64,000 nt of DNA from an uncultured Gammaproteobacteria bacterium (GTDB taxonomy: Bacteria; Patescibacteriota; Patescibacteriia; Patescibacteriales; UBA12465): contig CAYHCB010000006.1 of NCBI GenBank assembly GCA_964355275.1, positions 9,745 through 73,744 on the forward strand. The letters are read 5' to 3'. This document shows positions 57,180-64,000 of this stretch, in pieces. Numbering within the stretch: the first letter of the stretch is position 1; each line of letters opens with the position of its first letter. The notes under the pieces were generated by a model. It was not told the DNA's origin. It was given only the letters and a program-made list of their open reading frames with translations, and searched no databases. Position numbers and translations under genes: made by a program.

Positions 57180-57944
57180 TTATTTATTTTTATAAATTAG
57201 TTTTCCGATAAAAAAGCCAAACAATAATAAACATAAAATTACGGTCGCGATAACACTGGGATATTGTCCGTTAAAGCCGTTAACGGATAAATGTTTAAGT
57301 AAGATTCCGAGATACGCCCATATAAGTACTAAACCATACAAAATATTGTTATCTTTACGCATTCGCAGAATTCCAATTAATGCCCCAACGAGTAAAATGA
57401 TGCTTGTCCAGATAAAGTCAGAGATGCCAAATCCATTCCAGTCGAGACTAACTAAAAAAACCGTAATATTGGCAATCGCCGCTACAGTAATCCAGCCAAA
57501 ATACAAACTAAAAGGTGCCCCAATGAAAAGTTTTTCCAAAGAAGAAAATTTTTGTATACGGATAATGTCGGCAATTTTAATAAGAAGCAAAAGTAGCGCC
57601 AACATAATAATAACCGAAAGACCAAGATAATCGTAGTGCCAAGAAAAAATCCACAAAATATTAGCTAGTGATGTGGCGATAAAAAGAGGATTAATTTTAT
57701 TAAAAAGTTCATCATTTTTTTGATTACTTTTTATAAACTGATACAGCACATACCCTGCTAAAAATAGGTAAATTAGACCCCAAATAGAAAACGTTAAACC
57801 AGCCGGCGCAAATAAATTTGGATAAGCATCTGATATTTCACCGGTGCCGCGATTATTAATGGGAAGACTATTAGCTAAAAAATTTACAAAGACCATAGCG
57901 ACATAGGCAATTCCCGCAAAAATTTTTATAATCATGTTTTTCAT
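57180..57944 (-). CDS. TspO/MBR-related (long form) tryptophan-rich membrane protein, tentative
   Basis: GEISDAYPNLFAPAGLTFSIWGLIYLFLAGYVLYQF and a W-rich 7-8 TM body. Confidence 0.45.
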   Translation of the reverse strand: MKNMIIKIFAGIAYVAMVFVNFLANSLPINNRGTGEISDAYPNLFAPAGLTFSIWGLIYLFLAGYVLYQFIKSNQKNDELFNKINPLFIATSLANILWIFSWHYDYLGLSVIIMLALLLLLIKIADIIRIQKFSSLEKLFIGAPFSLYFGWITVAAIANITVFLVSLDWNGFGISDFIWTSIILLVGALIGILRMRKDNNILYGLVLIWAYLGILLKHLSVNGFNGQYPSVIATVILCLLLFGFFIGKLIYKNK

Positions 57945-57969
57945 AATTTTATTTTATAAATTATTAAAA

Positions 57970-58458
57970 TTATTTTATATAACTATCGAAATAAATAGCA
58001 TGGCAAGTGTAGCCCTCGGGATTTTTTTGTAAATAACTTTGATGATAATCTTCTGCCTGATAAAACATTTTTAATGGCTCAAGTGATGTTACTAAAGGAC
58101 TCGGCCATCTTTTTGATTTATTTACAATTTCAATAAAATTTTCCGCTTCCTTTTTCTCTTCATCGTTTCCGTAAAAAATTGCTGATCGGTAAGAAGTGCC
58201 AATGTCATTACCTTGTTGATTTAAAGTAGTAGGGTTATGAATCTGAAAAAAGAAATCGAGAAGATTTTTATATGATGTCGTAGTTGAGTCATATTCTATC
58301 TCTACAGCTTCAGCGTGACCAGGATGATTTTCGTATACCGGGTTTTCGTTTGTACCACCAGTATAACCAACTACAGTCTTAACAACTCCCGGTTGAGTTC
58401 TAATTAATTCCTCAAGTCCCCAAAAACAGCCGCCAGCTAATACAATTTTTTTAGTCAT
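57970..58458 (-). CDS. msrA: Peptide-methionine (S)-S-oxide reductase
   Basis: GGCFWG active site. Start moved to ATG 58458 ([14 protein letters not shown]). Confidence 0.9.
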   Translation of the reverse strand: MTKKIVLAGGCFWGLEELIRTQPGVVKTVVGYTGGTNENPVYENHPGHAEAVEIEYDSTTTSYKNLLDFFFQIHNPTTLNQQGNDIGTSYRSAIFYGNDEEKKEAENFIEIVNKSKRWPSPLVTSLEPLKMFYQAEDYHQSYLQKNPEGYTCHAIYFDSYIK

Positions 58459-58463
58459 AATAA

Positions 58464-58820
58464 TTATTTGCCAGAAATAAATTTTATTGAAATAGAGTTT
58501 ACACAATGGCGAATATTTTTATCTGTTAACTGTTCACCAGAAAATATGTGCCCCAAATGACCACCACACCGAGCACAACTTATCTCAGTTCTTAGACCAT
58601 CAGTATCTAAACTTTTAATTACAGCGCCCTTTATTTCGTTATCAAAACTTGGCCAACCACAACTGGACTTAAATTTATCTTCAGAATTATAAAGTGGTGC
58701 CTCGCACTGACGACAAACATAAAGACCATTTGCTGTGTTGTTTAGGTATTGCCCAGAAAAAGGCATTTCTGTGCCTTTATTAATTATCACTCTTTTTTCT
58801 TCTGCAGATAATATATTCAT
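58464..58820 (-). CDS. msrB: Peptide-methionine (R)-S-oxide reductase
   Basis: Two CxxC zinc pairs (CRQC, CARC), GWPSF, RHCVNS. Confidence 0.9.
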   Translation of the reverse strand: MNILSAEEKRVIINKGTEMPFSGQYLNNTANGLYVCRQCEAPLYNSEDKFKSSCGWPSFDNEIKGAVIKSLDTDGLRTEISCARCGGHLGHIFSGEQLTDKNIRHCVNSISIKFISGK

Positions 58821-58836
58821 CCTATTAATTTTAAAT

Positions 58837-59472
58837 TTATTTTACTTCAATTAGCACTTCGTTTCGCATCATCCATGGTGGTGTCCACGGTGCATTATAG
58901 CCGGCGTAGGCAGTGTTCCCTGTCGATATAATTCCATCACGAGCAAGTGACAAAAGTAATTTTTCTTGCATACGTTTAATCCGTGCATCTGAGGGGTACC
59001 AGAAAAATCGCATAACGCCATATTTCTTAAGAGGAATCGTTACTATTTCTACTCGAGAATCATTTGGTTTTGGTAATGTTTCAAGTTTATAAGAGCGAGG
59101 CATACCAAAAGATATCACCTGTAAATTGCCATCGGCTGTTACCACTACTGGCGCTGTCATGGAGATATTTTCTGACGCCTTAGAGTTGTCTCCTTTTTGA
59201 GATAATACGGGCGCAGTCATAGCAATACTTTCTTTTTTTGTATTTCCACCAAAGATGTATCCCGCTACAATTCTAAAACCTTGGTTCATGGCCTCTCCAT
59301 GCTCCCCTTGTACCTTTGTTTGCGCCACAATATGCGCCGGATACTCTCTTATTTCGTAACCATTAACTTTATTTACCACTTTATAATCAGCGCGTTCGAC
59401 ATTAGAACCCAAAAAGCCCCAGATAGACCAGAGCAAAGCGATAACCGCAAGAATAATTAGGATATTAATCAT
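58837..59472 (-). CDS. SOUL/HBP-family heme-binding-like protein, N-terminally anchored
   Basis: [19 protein letters not shown] repeated twice, [16 protein letters not shown]-terminus. Confidence 0.75.
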   Translation of the reverse strand: MINILIILAVIALLWSIWGFLGSNVERADYKVVNKVNGYEIREYPAHIVAQTKVQGEHGEAMNQGFRIVAGYIFGGNTKKESIAMTAPVLSQKGDNSKASENISMTAPVVVTADGNLQVISFGMPRSYKLETLPKPNDSRVEIVTIPLKKYGVMRFFWYPSDARIKRMQEKLLLSLARDGIISTGNTAYAGYNAPWTPPWMMRNEVLIEVK

Positions 59473-59478
59473 ATTAAT

Positions 59479-59487
59479 ATTATATCA
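59479..59487 (-). promoter_or_regulatory. Extended -10 element abutting the SOUL start codon (possible leaderless mRNA)
   Basis: Minus strand TGTGATATAAT-ATTAAT-ATG, only 6 nt between the -10 and the ATG. Confidence 0.4.
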
Positions 59488-59563
59488 CATCTTAAGTTCC
59501 AAAACAGTAACTAAGATTATAATTAATATTGATTAATAAATGGAGAGTTAATCTTTAAAATAT

Positions 59564-60460
59564 TTACCCCCTCTTTAAATAAACTTTTACGAAACTACTT
59601 TTAAGTTCAGCAGCTTTAGTTGATAAACTTTCAATATTTCCTGTTTTAGCTAGATTTAATAATGTTTCCAGATTATTTCTAATTAGCTTAATTTCATCAT
59701 CATTGGCCACTTCCTCAATGGTTATAAGTTTATCATTAGCATCAATGTATGTTTGAATCACTCCAGCTGGATTTTTATTATCTGCTTCGGCAATCACTTT
59801 CTCCATAGAATCATGAAAATCAACTAAATATACAGCTAACATTGAGAAGCCGTTACGCTTTAAAATGTCTTGAAAAATCGGCCGAACTTCCTCAAAATCT
59901 GTATGAGCTTCTTTTAAATCACCAGTATAAACTTTTTCTTTTAAATTTATAATCAGACCGGATACTTTAGCTAAATCAGAGTTAAAATTATTGTCTTTAG
60001 CAACAACTCGAGGGTGATACTTAGAATACTTTTCCGAAAAACTAGCATACTCTAAAGCTAATTTATCATAATTAACAATTGATTCTAATCTCTTATCCTG
60101 TCCAGTGTTAAATAATGTTTGTTTATAATAATTATTCATTACGTTAAAGTCCTCTAAAAACAATTTTCTAGTAAAGAAATCACTATAATAACTACCAGCG
60201 GCAGCAATTATTAAAAAAATAACAACAAAAATAGCAAGTATTACTTTTGATATTTTTTTGTTAATTTTATTAGTATTAAATCCAAAAACTTTATACAAAC
60301 CACAAAATCCCGTGATGGCGGTTGCAAGCATCATAACACCTAAAATATAGAACACTATTTGCAAAGTGCCGCCAAACCAAAACCAAGCTAAAATAAAAAA
60401 TATCTCAGCTAGCAATAATCTTATTAATCTATCTATAATTCCTTCATTCTTTTTAAACAT
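59564..60460 (-). CDS. DUF2892-type (YgaP-like) membrane domain fused to a helical C-terminal domain
   Basis: N-terminal GIIDRLIRLLLAEIF...ATAITGFCGLYKVFG, a third TM, then ~200-aa helical domain. Confidence 0.5.
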   Translation of the reverse strand: MFKKNEGIIDRLIRLLLAEIFFILAWFWFGGTLQIVFYILGVMMLATAITGFCGLYKVFGFNTNKINKKISKVILAIFVVIFLIIAAAGSYYSDFFTRKLFLEDFNVMNNYYKQTLFNTGQDKRLESIVNYDKLALEYASFSEKYSKYHPRVVAKDNNFNSDLAKVSGLIINLKEKVYTGDLKEAHTDFEEVRPIFQDILKRNGFSMLAVYLVDFHDSMEKVIAEADNKNPAGVIQTYIDANDKLITIEEVANDDEIKLIRNNLETLLNLAKTGNIESLSTKAAELKSSFVKVYLKRG

Positions 60461-60464
60461 ATAA

Positions 60465-61622
60465 TTATTTATTAATTTTACTTACTAAATTATTTTCAAT
60501 AAACTTGCGAAAATCTTCCGTTTCCAGCGGATCGCCAGCCTTATTTTTTAATCCATATTTAGGGGCTATTTCTTTCAACATCATTGTTTTATCAATATCA
60601 GCTGGCAGATTAAACTCGGCCTGAAAAGCTGTAAATGGCAGACCACTCTCCTTAATAACAAACTCTAAAGTATTGCTACCTCGAATATTTGCAACGTTAA
60701 CTTGCCCTTTATCGTTTTTAACATTTGATTCTATCGCCTGCTGCCATAGAGGTGACAGTGACGCTCCTAATACAACAACCACAAAAAGAATAACCACTAT
60801 AAGGCTAAATTTATTTTTAGATATTTTTTTACCAAAAATAGAAACTGCTAAACTTTTTTCCGGACAGCCGCTAACACAATTTAAACAGCTAATACAATCG
60901 GCTGATTTAACTGAGTCACTAGTAGCCACATCTAACCCCGCCGGACAAACATAGTTACAATGATTGCAAGATACACAAGTATTTTTATCTCTTCTTAACC
61001 TAAAAAAACTAAACTTTTTAAATATTCCTAAACTTGCCCCGAGTGGACAAAAATATCGACACCAAAAACTCTTAGTAAACAATGAAGCAATTAACAAAAT
61101 TATTAATATACTATAACCGTAGACCTTCTCTTCCCATTCATTACCTAAATGCATTAAAGCATTATAGGGGTCATAATTTCTAAAAACTAAATCACCCAGC
61201 TGATAAGATAAGCCTATAATTACTAATAAAATTATATATTTTAAATACCTGGCATATTTATCAACAACAACCGGAAGCTCTAAATCTTTTTTAATTCCTA
61301 TTTTGCGACCAATCCAGCGAATCATTTCTTGAAGAGCGCCAAGTGGACAAAAATATCCACAAAAAATACGGCCAAAAAATATTGTAAAAATCAACACTAT
61401 TGCCAGAAGCGTAAACGAGCTAAGTAAAATTCTATTTAAAAATTCTCCGGTAGTTACATAAGTTAATAAACTTTCAAAACCACCAAACGGACAAAAAGCA
61501 TCAATTGGTGCCGCTTTTTCAACTCCCAAATTTAAATGTCTAAGAGTCAAATATAAAACTAAAGCAATCACCACAAACTGCGACACTTGTCTTAAATAAT
61601 GCCAATTAATTTTACTGCTCAT
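60465..61622 (-). CDS. Membrane-bound polyferredoxin (NapH/MauN-like 4Fe-4S protein)
   Basis: CxxCxxCxxxCP clusters CVSCNHCNYVCP and CISCLNCVSGCP, repeated CPxG motifs in TM loops, 5-6 TM. Confidence 0.75.
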   Translation of the reverse strand: MSSKINWHYLRQVSQFVVIALVLYLTLRHLNLGVEKAAPIDAFCPFGGFESLLTYVTTGEFLNRILLSSFTLLAIVLIFTIFFGRIFCGYFCPLGALQEMIRWIGRKIGIKKDLELPVVVDKYARYLKYIILLVIIGLSYQLGDLVFRNYDPYNALMHLGNEWEEKVYGYSILIILLIASLFTKSFWCRYFCPLGASLGIFKKFSFFRLRRDKNTCVSCNHCNYVCPAGLDVATSDSVKSADCISCLNCVSGCPEKSLAVSIFGKKISKNKFSLIVVILFVVVVLGASLSPLWQQAIESNVKNDKGQVNVANIRGSNTLEFVIKESGLPFTAFQAEFNLPADIDKTMMLKEIAPKYGLKNKAGDPLETEDFRKFIENNLVSKINK

Positions 61623-61929
61623 AGCTTTGAAAAAATTTAGTTATTAATATATTATATTTTTTAAATATTTTTTTATTTATAAAATAATATTTTTTTTGTT
61701 TTTCTTGTCTAAGATCAATTAACTTTAAATCTTTTAAAACTCGAAGATGGCTGGAAACTAAATTTTGTGATAATTCTAAATTTTCATATATATCACAAAC
61801 ACAGCGTTCCCCGTCTTTTAATAAACAAAGAATTCTTAATCTATTATCTTCTCCAATTACCTTAAAAAGTTTAGACAAATCGCTAAACTCTAAAGAGATT
61901 TTTTTATTTATGCAATCTTTATTTTTCAT
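61612..61929 (-). CDS. ArsR/SmtB-family metalloregulator
   Basis: wHTH with alpha3 ERCVCDI and LSQNLVSSHLRVLKDLKLI. ATG 61929 preferred over track start 61962, whose extra codons are the palindrome. Confidence 0.8.
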   Translation of the reverse strand: MKNKDCINKKISLEFSDLSKLFKVIGEDNRLRILCLLKDGERCVCDIYENLELSQNLVSSHLRVLKDLKLIDLRQEKQKKYYFINKKIFKKYNILITKFFQSYEQ

Positions 61930-61936
61930 TTGTTTA

Positions 61937-61952
61937 ATCAATATATATTGAT
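61937..61952. promoter_or_regulatory. Perfect 16-bp palindrome, candidate ArsR operator
   Basis: ATCAATATATATTGAT, 8 nt upstream of the ArsR ATG. Confidence 0.5.
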
Positions 61953-62096
61953 ATACTAACATTTAAAAATTTTACGGTCAAATATTTTTTGTCCTAAAGA
62001 TAATTAAAATTAAACTAGGTAGTGAGTAAATCGAGCCCCATTAAAGGCCCTATTTTAGTTCTACATCTTCTTGAGAGGAATTCTGCGCCGCTAAGG

Positions 62097-62124
62097 AGGA
62101 TGAAGCAATTCATCCTTTTTTTTA
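62097..62124 (+). terminator. Orphan plus-strand intrinsic terminator
   Basis: 8-bp stem AGGATGAA/TTCATCCT, GCAA (GNRA) loop, run of 9 T. No plus-strand ORF precedes it. Confidence 0.65.
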
Positions 62125-62233
62125 TTTAAGAAACAAATTAGACAAATTAAAAGCCCCAAAACTGTTTTAGTCTCAGGGCTCATAAATTTTATATTGCTGT
62201 TCTATTCAGATGATGGTGGGGTACATTACTGTT

Positions 62234-62644
62234 TTACACAGCTTTGTTGAGGGCGATGTGATCTGAGAAGAACTGGGTGTACATTTGGTGTACTGCCAGC
62301 ACGTGTTGCGTTTTATCGTTGAGGATGTTTGACCAAGCTTGATCGCTCAGTACCAGGTTACAATAGACTCTGCCGTCTTTCATCGTATCGACGATGAAGA
62401 CAACCAGGAGATCGCCTGCTGACTCCTCTTGAACTGTAAACAACTCTGCAAGTGGTCTGGCCGAAAATTCAAACCAATCGTTTCCGGAATGGTGAATTCT
62501 TTTGGATTTGAAAATCGTACAAACATTTTTTAAACTAAATCCGTAGTTATACAGATAATCAGAATAAGAAAGTGATTTTTGCATTTCCAGTAAACCACTT
62601 GGATTACTTAAGATCAAATTTTTGATGCTCGCTTTTGTTTCCAT
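62234..62644 (-). CDS. Orphan 136-aa protein with anomalous composition
   Basis: Track ORF. The 3' two-thirds of the gene hand-counts to 43-52% GC per 60-nt line, against ~25-35% nearby. No motif recognised. Confidence 0.55.
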   Translation of the reverse strand: METKASIKNLILSNPSGLLEMQKSLSYSDYLYNYGFSLKNVCTIFKSKRIHHSGNDWFEFSARPLAELFTVQEESAGDLLVVFIVDTMKDGRVYCNLVLSDQAWSNILNDKTQHVLAVHQMYTQFFSDHIALNKAV

Positions 62645-62651
62645 ATGATTA

Positions 62652-62701
62652 TTTATTAGGTTTTCTCAACTTCCATCAAGAAGCTAGGAAAACCTAATAA
62701 A
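62652..62701. repeat. 14-bp perfect inverted repeat with 22-nt spacer, just upstream of the 62644 start codon
   Basis: TTTATTAGGTTTTC (62652-62665) and GAAAACCTAATAAA (62688-62701). Confidence 0.7.
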
Positions 62702-62745
62702 CATTGAAAAGATTAGATTTTTAAATAACTATTTTTGATAAACTT

Positions 62746-62754
62746 ACTATATCA
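62746..62754 (-). promoter_or_regulatory. Extended -10-like element for the orphan gene
   Basis: Minus strand TGATATAGT about 100 nt upstream of the ATG. Confidence 0.3.
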
Positions 62755-62897
62755 CATTTTTAATATATTGTCAATATTATAACAAAAAATGGGCTGAAAT
62801 TAACCTACTTTTTAGACCTGTCATCCTCCGGATTTTAAGCTAATTTTGAAATATTATATCTAATATTAAATAATAAAAATAGATAACTGGATTTATA

Positions 62898-63629
62898 TTA
62901 AAGCCACTTCAATCTTTCACTCTTAGCTGTAGCAGGGTTATCTATTTTATACTGAGGATGTAATTTAGCCCATTTTGATATATCCGTCCATTTAAGGCCA
63001 TGAAAGCCGAATTGCCCATCCCAATAATAATTATCTTTATCCTCTGACTCAAAACTAAACTGCTTAGCCAAATTAATGGGGGCAAATTTTATTCCTTCAG
63101 CTTCTAAAAGATTACGATACCAAACGCAAAGAGATGTGTCTTCTGGATGTAATCTAGTTATTTCACCTGTCTGAGACAGTTTCGATGTTAACTCTAACAT
63201 TTTTTTACTGCGCAAACTGAAACCACCATTTCCGACCACAAGCTTACCAATAAGTTCTTCTGGAAATGAAAAATTAGTAACCGACCAATCAGCTACTAAC
63301 CAAGGGGCACCAATATAATCATATTCTAGATATTCATCGGTCCAAGCCTTAGGGTTAAGTATGAAGCCATCATACTGAACTAATAAGACATGAGTGGTGT
63401 TAACATATTGCCATAGATCATTTATTACAAAGTGAGAATATTCTTCGGTTGAACTGATAGCTTTAATTTTAACTATATTTTCTTTATTGGCCACGTCTAA
63501 AGAGGTTAGCAGCTTAACTTCGGCAAACTCAAAATCATTTTGGCAAATACTAATCGCCAATCTAAGCCTTTCAACATCGACACAATCAATGCCTAGTAAT
63601 GTTACGTTTTTTAGTTTTCTTTTATTCAT
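62898..63629 (-). CDS. DUF5672-like protein (putative glycosyltransferase-like), tentative
   Basis: VTLLGIDCVD, YDYIGAPW and GNGGFSLRS blocks, matching my recollection of DUF5672. Confidence 0.5.
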   Translation of the reverse strand: MNKRKLKNVTLLGIDCVDVERLRLAISICQNDFEFAEVKLLTSLDVANKENIVKIKAISSTEEYSHFVINDLWQYVNTTHVLLVQYDGFILNPKAWTDEYLEYDYIGAPWLVADWSVTNFSFPEELIGKLVVGNGGFSLRSKKMLELTSKLSQTGEITRLHPEDTSLCVWYRNLLEAEGIKFAPINLAKQFSFESEDKDNYYWDGQFGFHGLKWTDISKWAKLHPQYKIDNPATAKSERLKWL

Positions 63630-63685
63630 ACTTATATTTCTTTTCTCTGATTAACTGATTAACTAATCCGCCGATATATTAAATA

Positions 63686-64000
63686 TTAATCCTGTCTTTT
63701 AGCTTCTTTTATTAATTTTTTAAAATTATGATAATTACCCTCTAATTCCTGTCGACAAATTTCTAAAGATATAATATTATATTTTTCATCAATCTTTTTT
63801 TCTAAATTATCTAAAACGAGGTTAAAATTAGGAAGTCTGTTGCCAAATATCATTAGTCCATGAAAAAAACCTTCGGGACTTAAAAATCTATAACAATCAG
63901 CATTAGCACAAATTTCGGCCTCCAAACAATAGTAATCTTTAACGCCGTGATGCTGCTCGATACAGTAAACTATTTTTTTAAAAACTTCATCATTAAGATT
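63686..64000 (-). CDS. Hypothetical protein, 5' end outside window
   Basis: Reading frame stays open from the track's TTG (63925) to the window edge (…NDEVFKKIVYCIEQHHGVKDYYCLEAEICANADC…). Cys/His-rich. Confidence 0.45.
   Translation of the reverse strand, partial: NLNDEVFKKIVYCIEQHHGVKDYYCLEAEICANADCYRFLSPEGFFHGLMIFGNRLPNFNLVLDNLEKKIDEKYNIISLEICRQELEGNYHNFKKLIKEAKRQD

Noticed and set aside
62099-62128. 9-codon ORF MKQFILFFI preceded by TAAGGAGG
   Set aside because: The SD core abuts the ATG with no spacing, and the ORF is simply the terminator stem plus the T-run.
62205-62225. tRNA/tmRNA-like 3' end (minus strand reads ...GUACCCCACCA)
   Set aside because: No T-arm (GGUUCGAnUCC) or acceptor pairing upstream. 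It is just the region after the orphan gene's stop codon.
1-64000. Other short ORFs nested antisense in long genes (e.g. 764-1033, 7926-8117, 8671-8853, 9025-9231, 14664-14978, 15917-16156, 19322-19519, 23644-23892, 29452-29673, 33309-33566, 36087-36278, 38813-39130, 40549-40761, 43211-43555, 43655-44119, 52497-52700, 53202-53720, 53955-54185, 57346-57630, 60673-60954)
   Set aside because: All lie inside stronger, motif-supported genes on the other strand, and their translations are compositionally odd. They are shadow ORFs.
1-64000. Alternative genetic code (UGA recoding, as in some CPR lineages)
   Set aside because: Long motif-bearing ORFs are intact under the standard code. TGA serves as the stop in two ATGA overlaps (42515, 56780). 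Other stops checked by hand are TAA, with four TAG (37089, 41703, 50625, 51474).
1-64000. CRISPR arrays, transposases/integrases, reverse transcriptase/DGR, toxin-antitoxin pairs, known defence systems
   Set aside because: I found no regularly spaced direct repeats and no ORF with the corresponding catalytic motifs (DDE, tyrosine recombinase RHRY, YxDD). Visual scanning cannot exclude short or degenerate elements.

Overview
AT-rich (about 25-40% GC per line by eye), densely coded bacterial chromosome segment, mostly minus-strand genes. Most likely a small-genome Patescibacteria/CPR-like organism. That is an inference from gene content: DUF3048, SEDS protein, class I FBA, ECF sigma plus membrane partners, a Wzy_C-TPR protein, giant S/T-rich surface proteins and no respiratory genes. 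Housekeeping genes: prfA (5' truncated), prmC, rplY, SEDS, dnaE, parAB, mnmA, dtd, hup, rlmH, mscL, malic enzyme, P-type ATPase, msrAB. RNA genes missed by the ORF track: tRNA-Leu(CAA) at 14028-14111 and RNase P RNA at 21791-22167 (minus). Accessory content: (1) an envelope block at 15.9-34.6 kb with two phosphoglycosyl transferases, two GT4 enzymes, a 1117-aa and a ~1160-aa secreted protein flanking a Wzy_C-TPR protein, and an ECF sigma/anti-sigma-like pair feeding into a ~300-nt hairpin-rich leader; (2) a second ECF sigma module at 39.3-43.1 kb with Cys/His/Met-rich and Gly/Met-tailed envelope proteins; (3) a redox/oxidative-damage gene string at 56.0-62.0 kb headed by an ArsR regulator with a perfect palindrome; (4) a compositionally anomalous orphan gene at 62.2-62.7 kb preceded by a 14-bp inverted repeat, next to an orphan plus-strand terminator. 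Several micro-ORFs below the track cutoff have their own terminators. I saw no CRISPR array, transposase, integrase, reverse transcriptase or rRNA. Nothing I could recognise as a known defence system is present. The most novel-looking signal is the sigma/anti-sigma, structured leader and surface-protein module with its putative glycosylation machinery. Of roughly 45 stop codons checked by hand, nearly all are TAA, four are TAG, and TGA appears only in two ATGA overlaps, so the standard code applies. All functions are inferred from motifs read in the translations; no searches were run.
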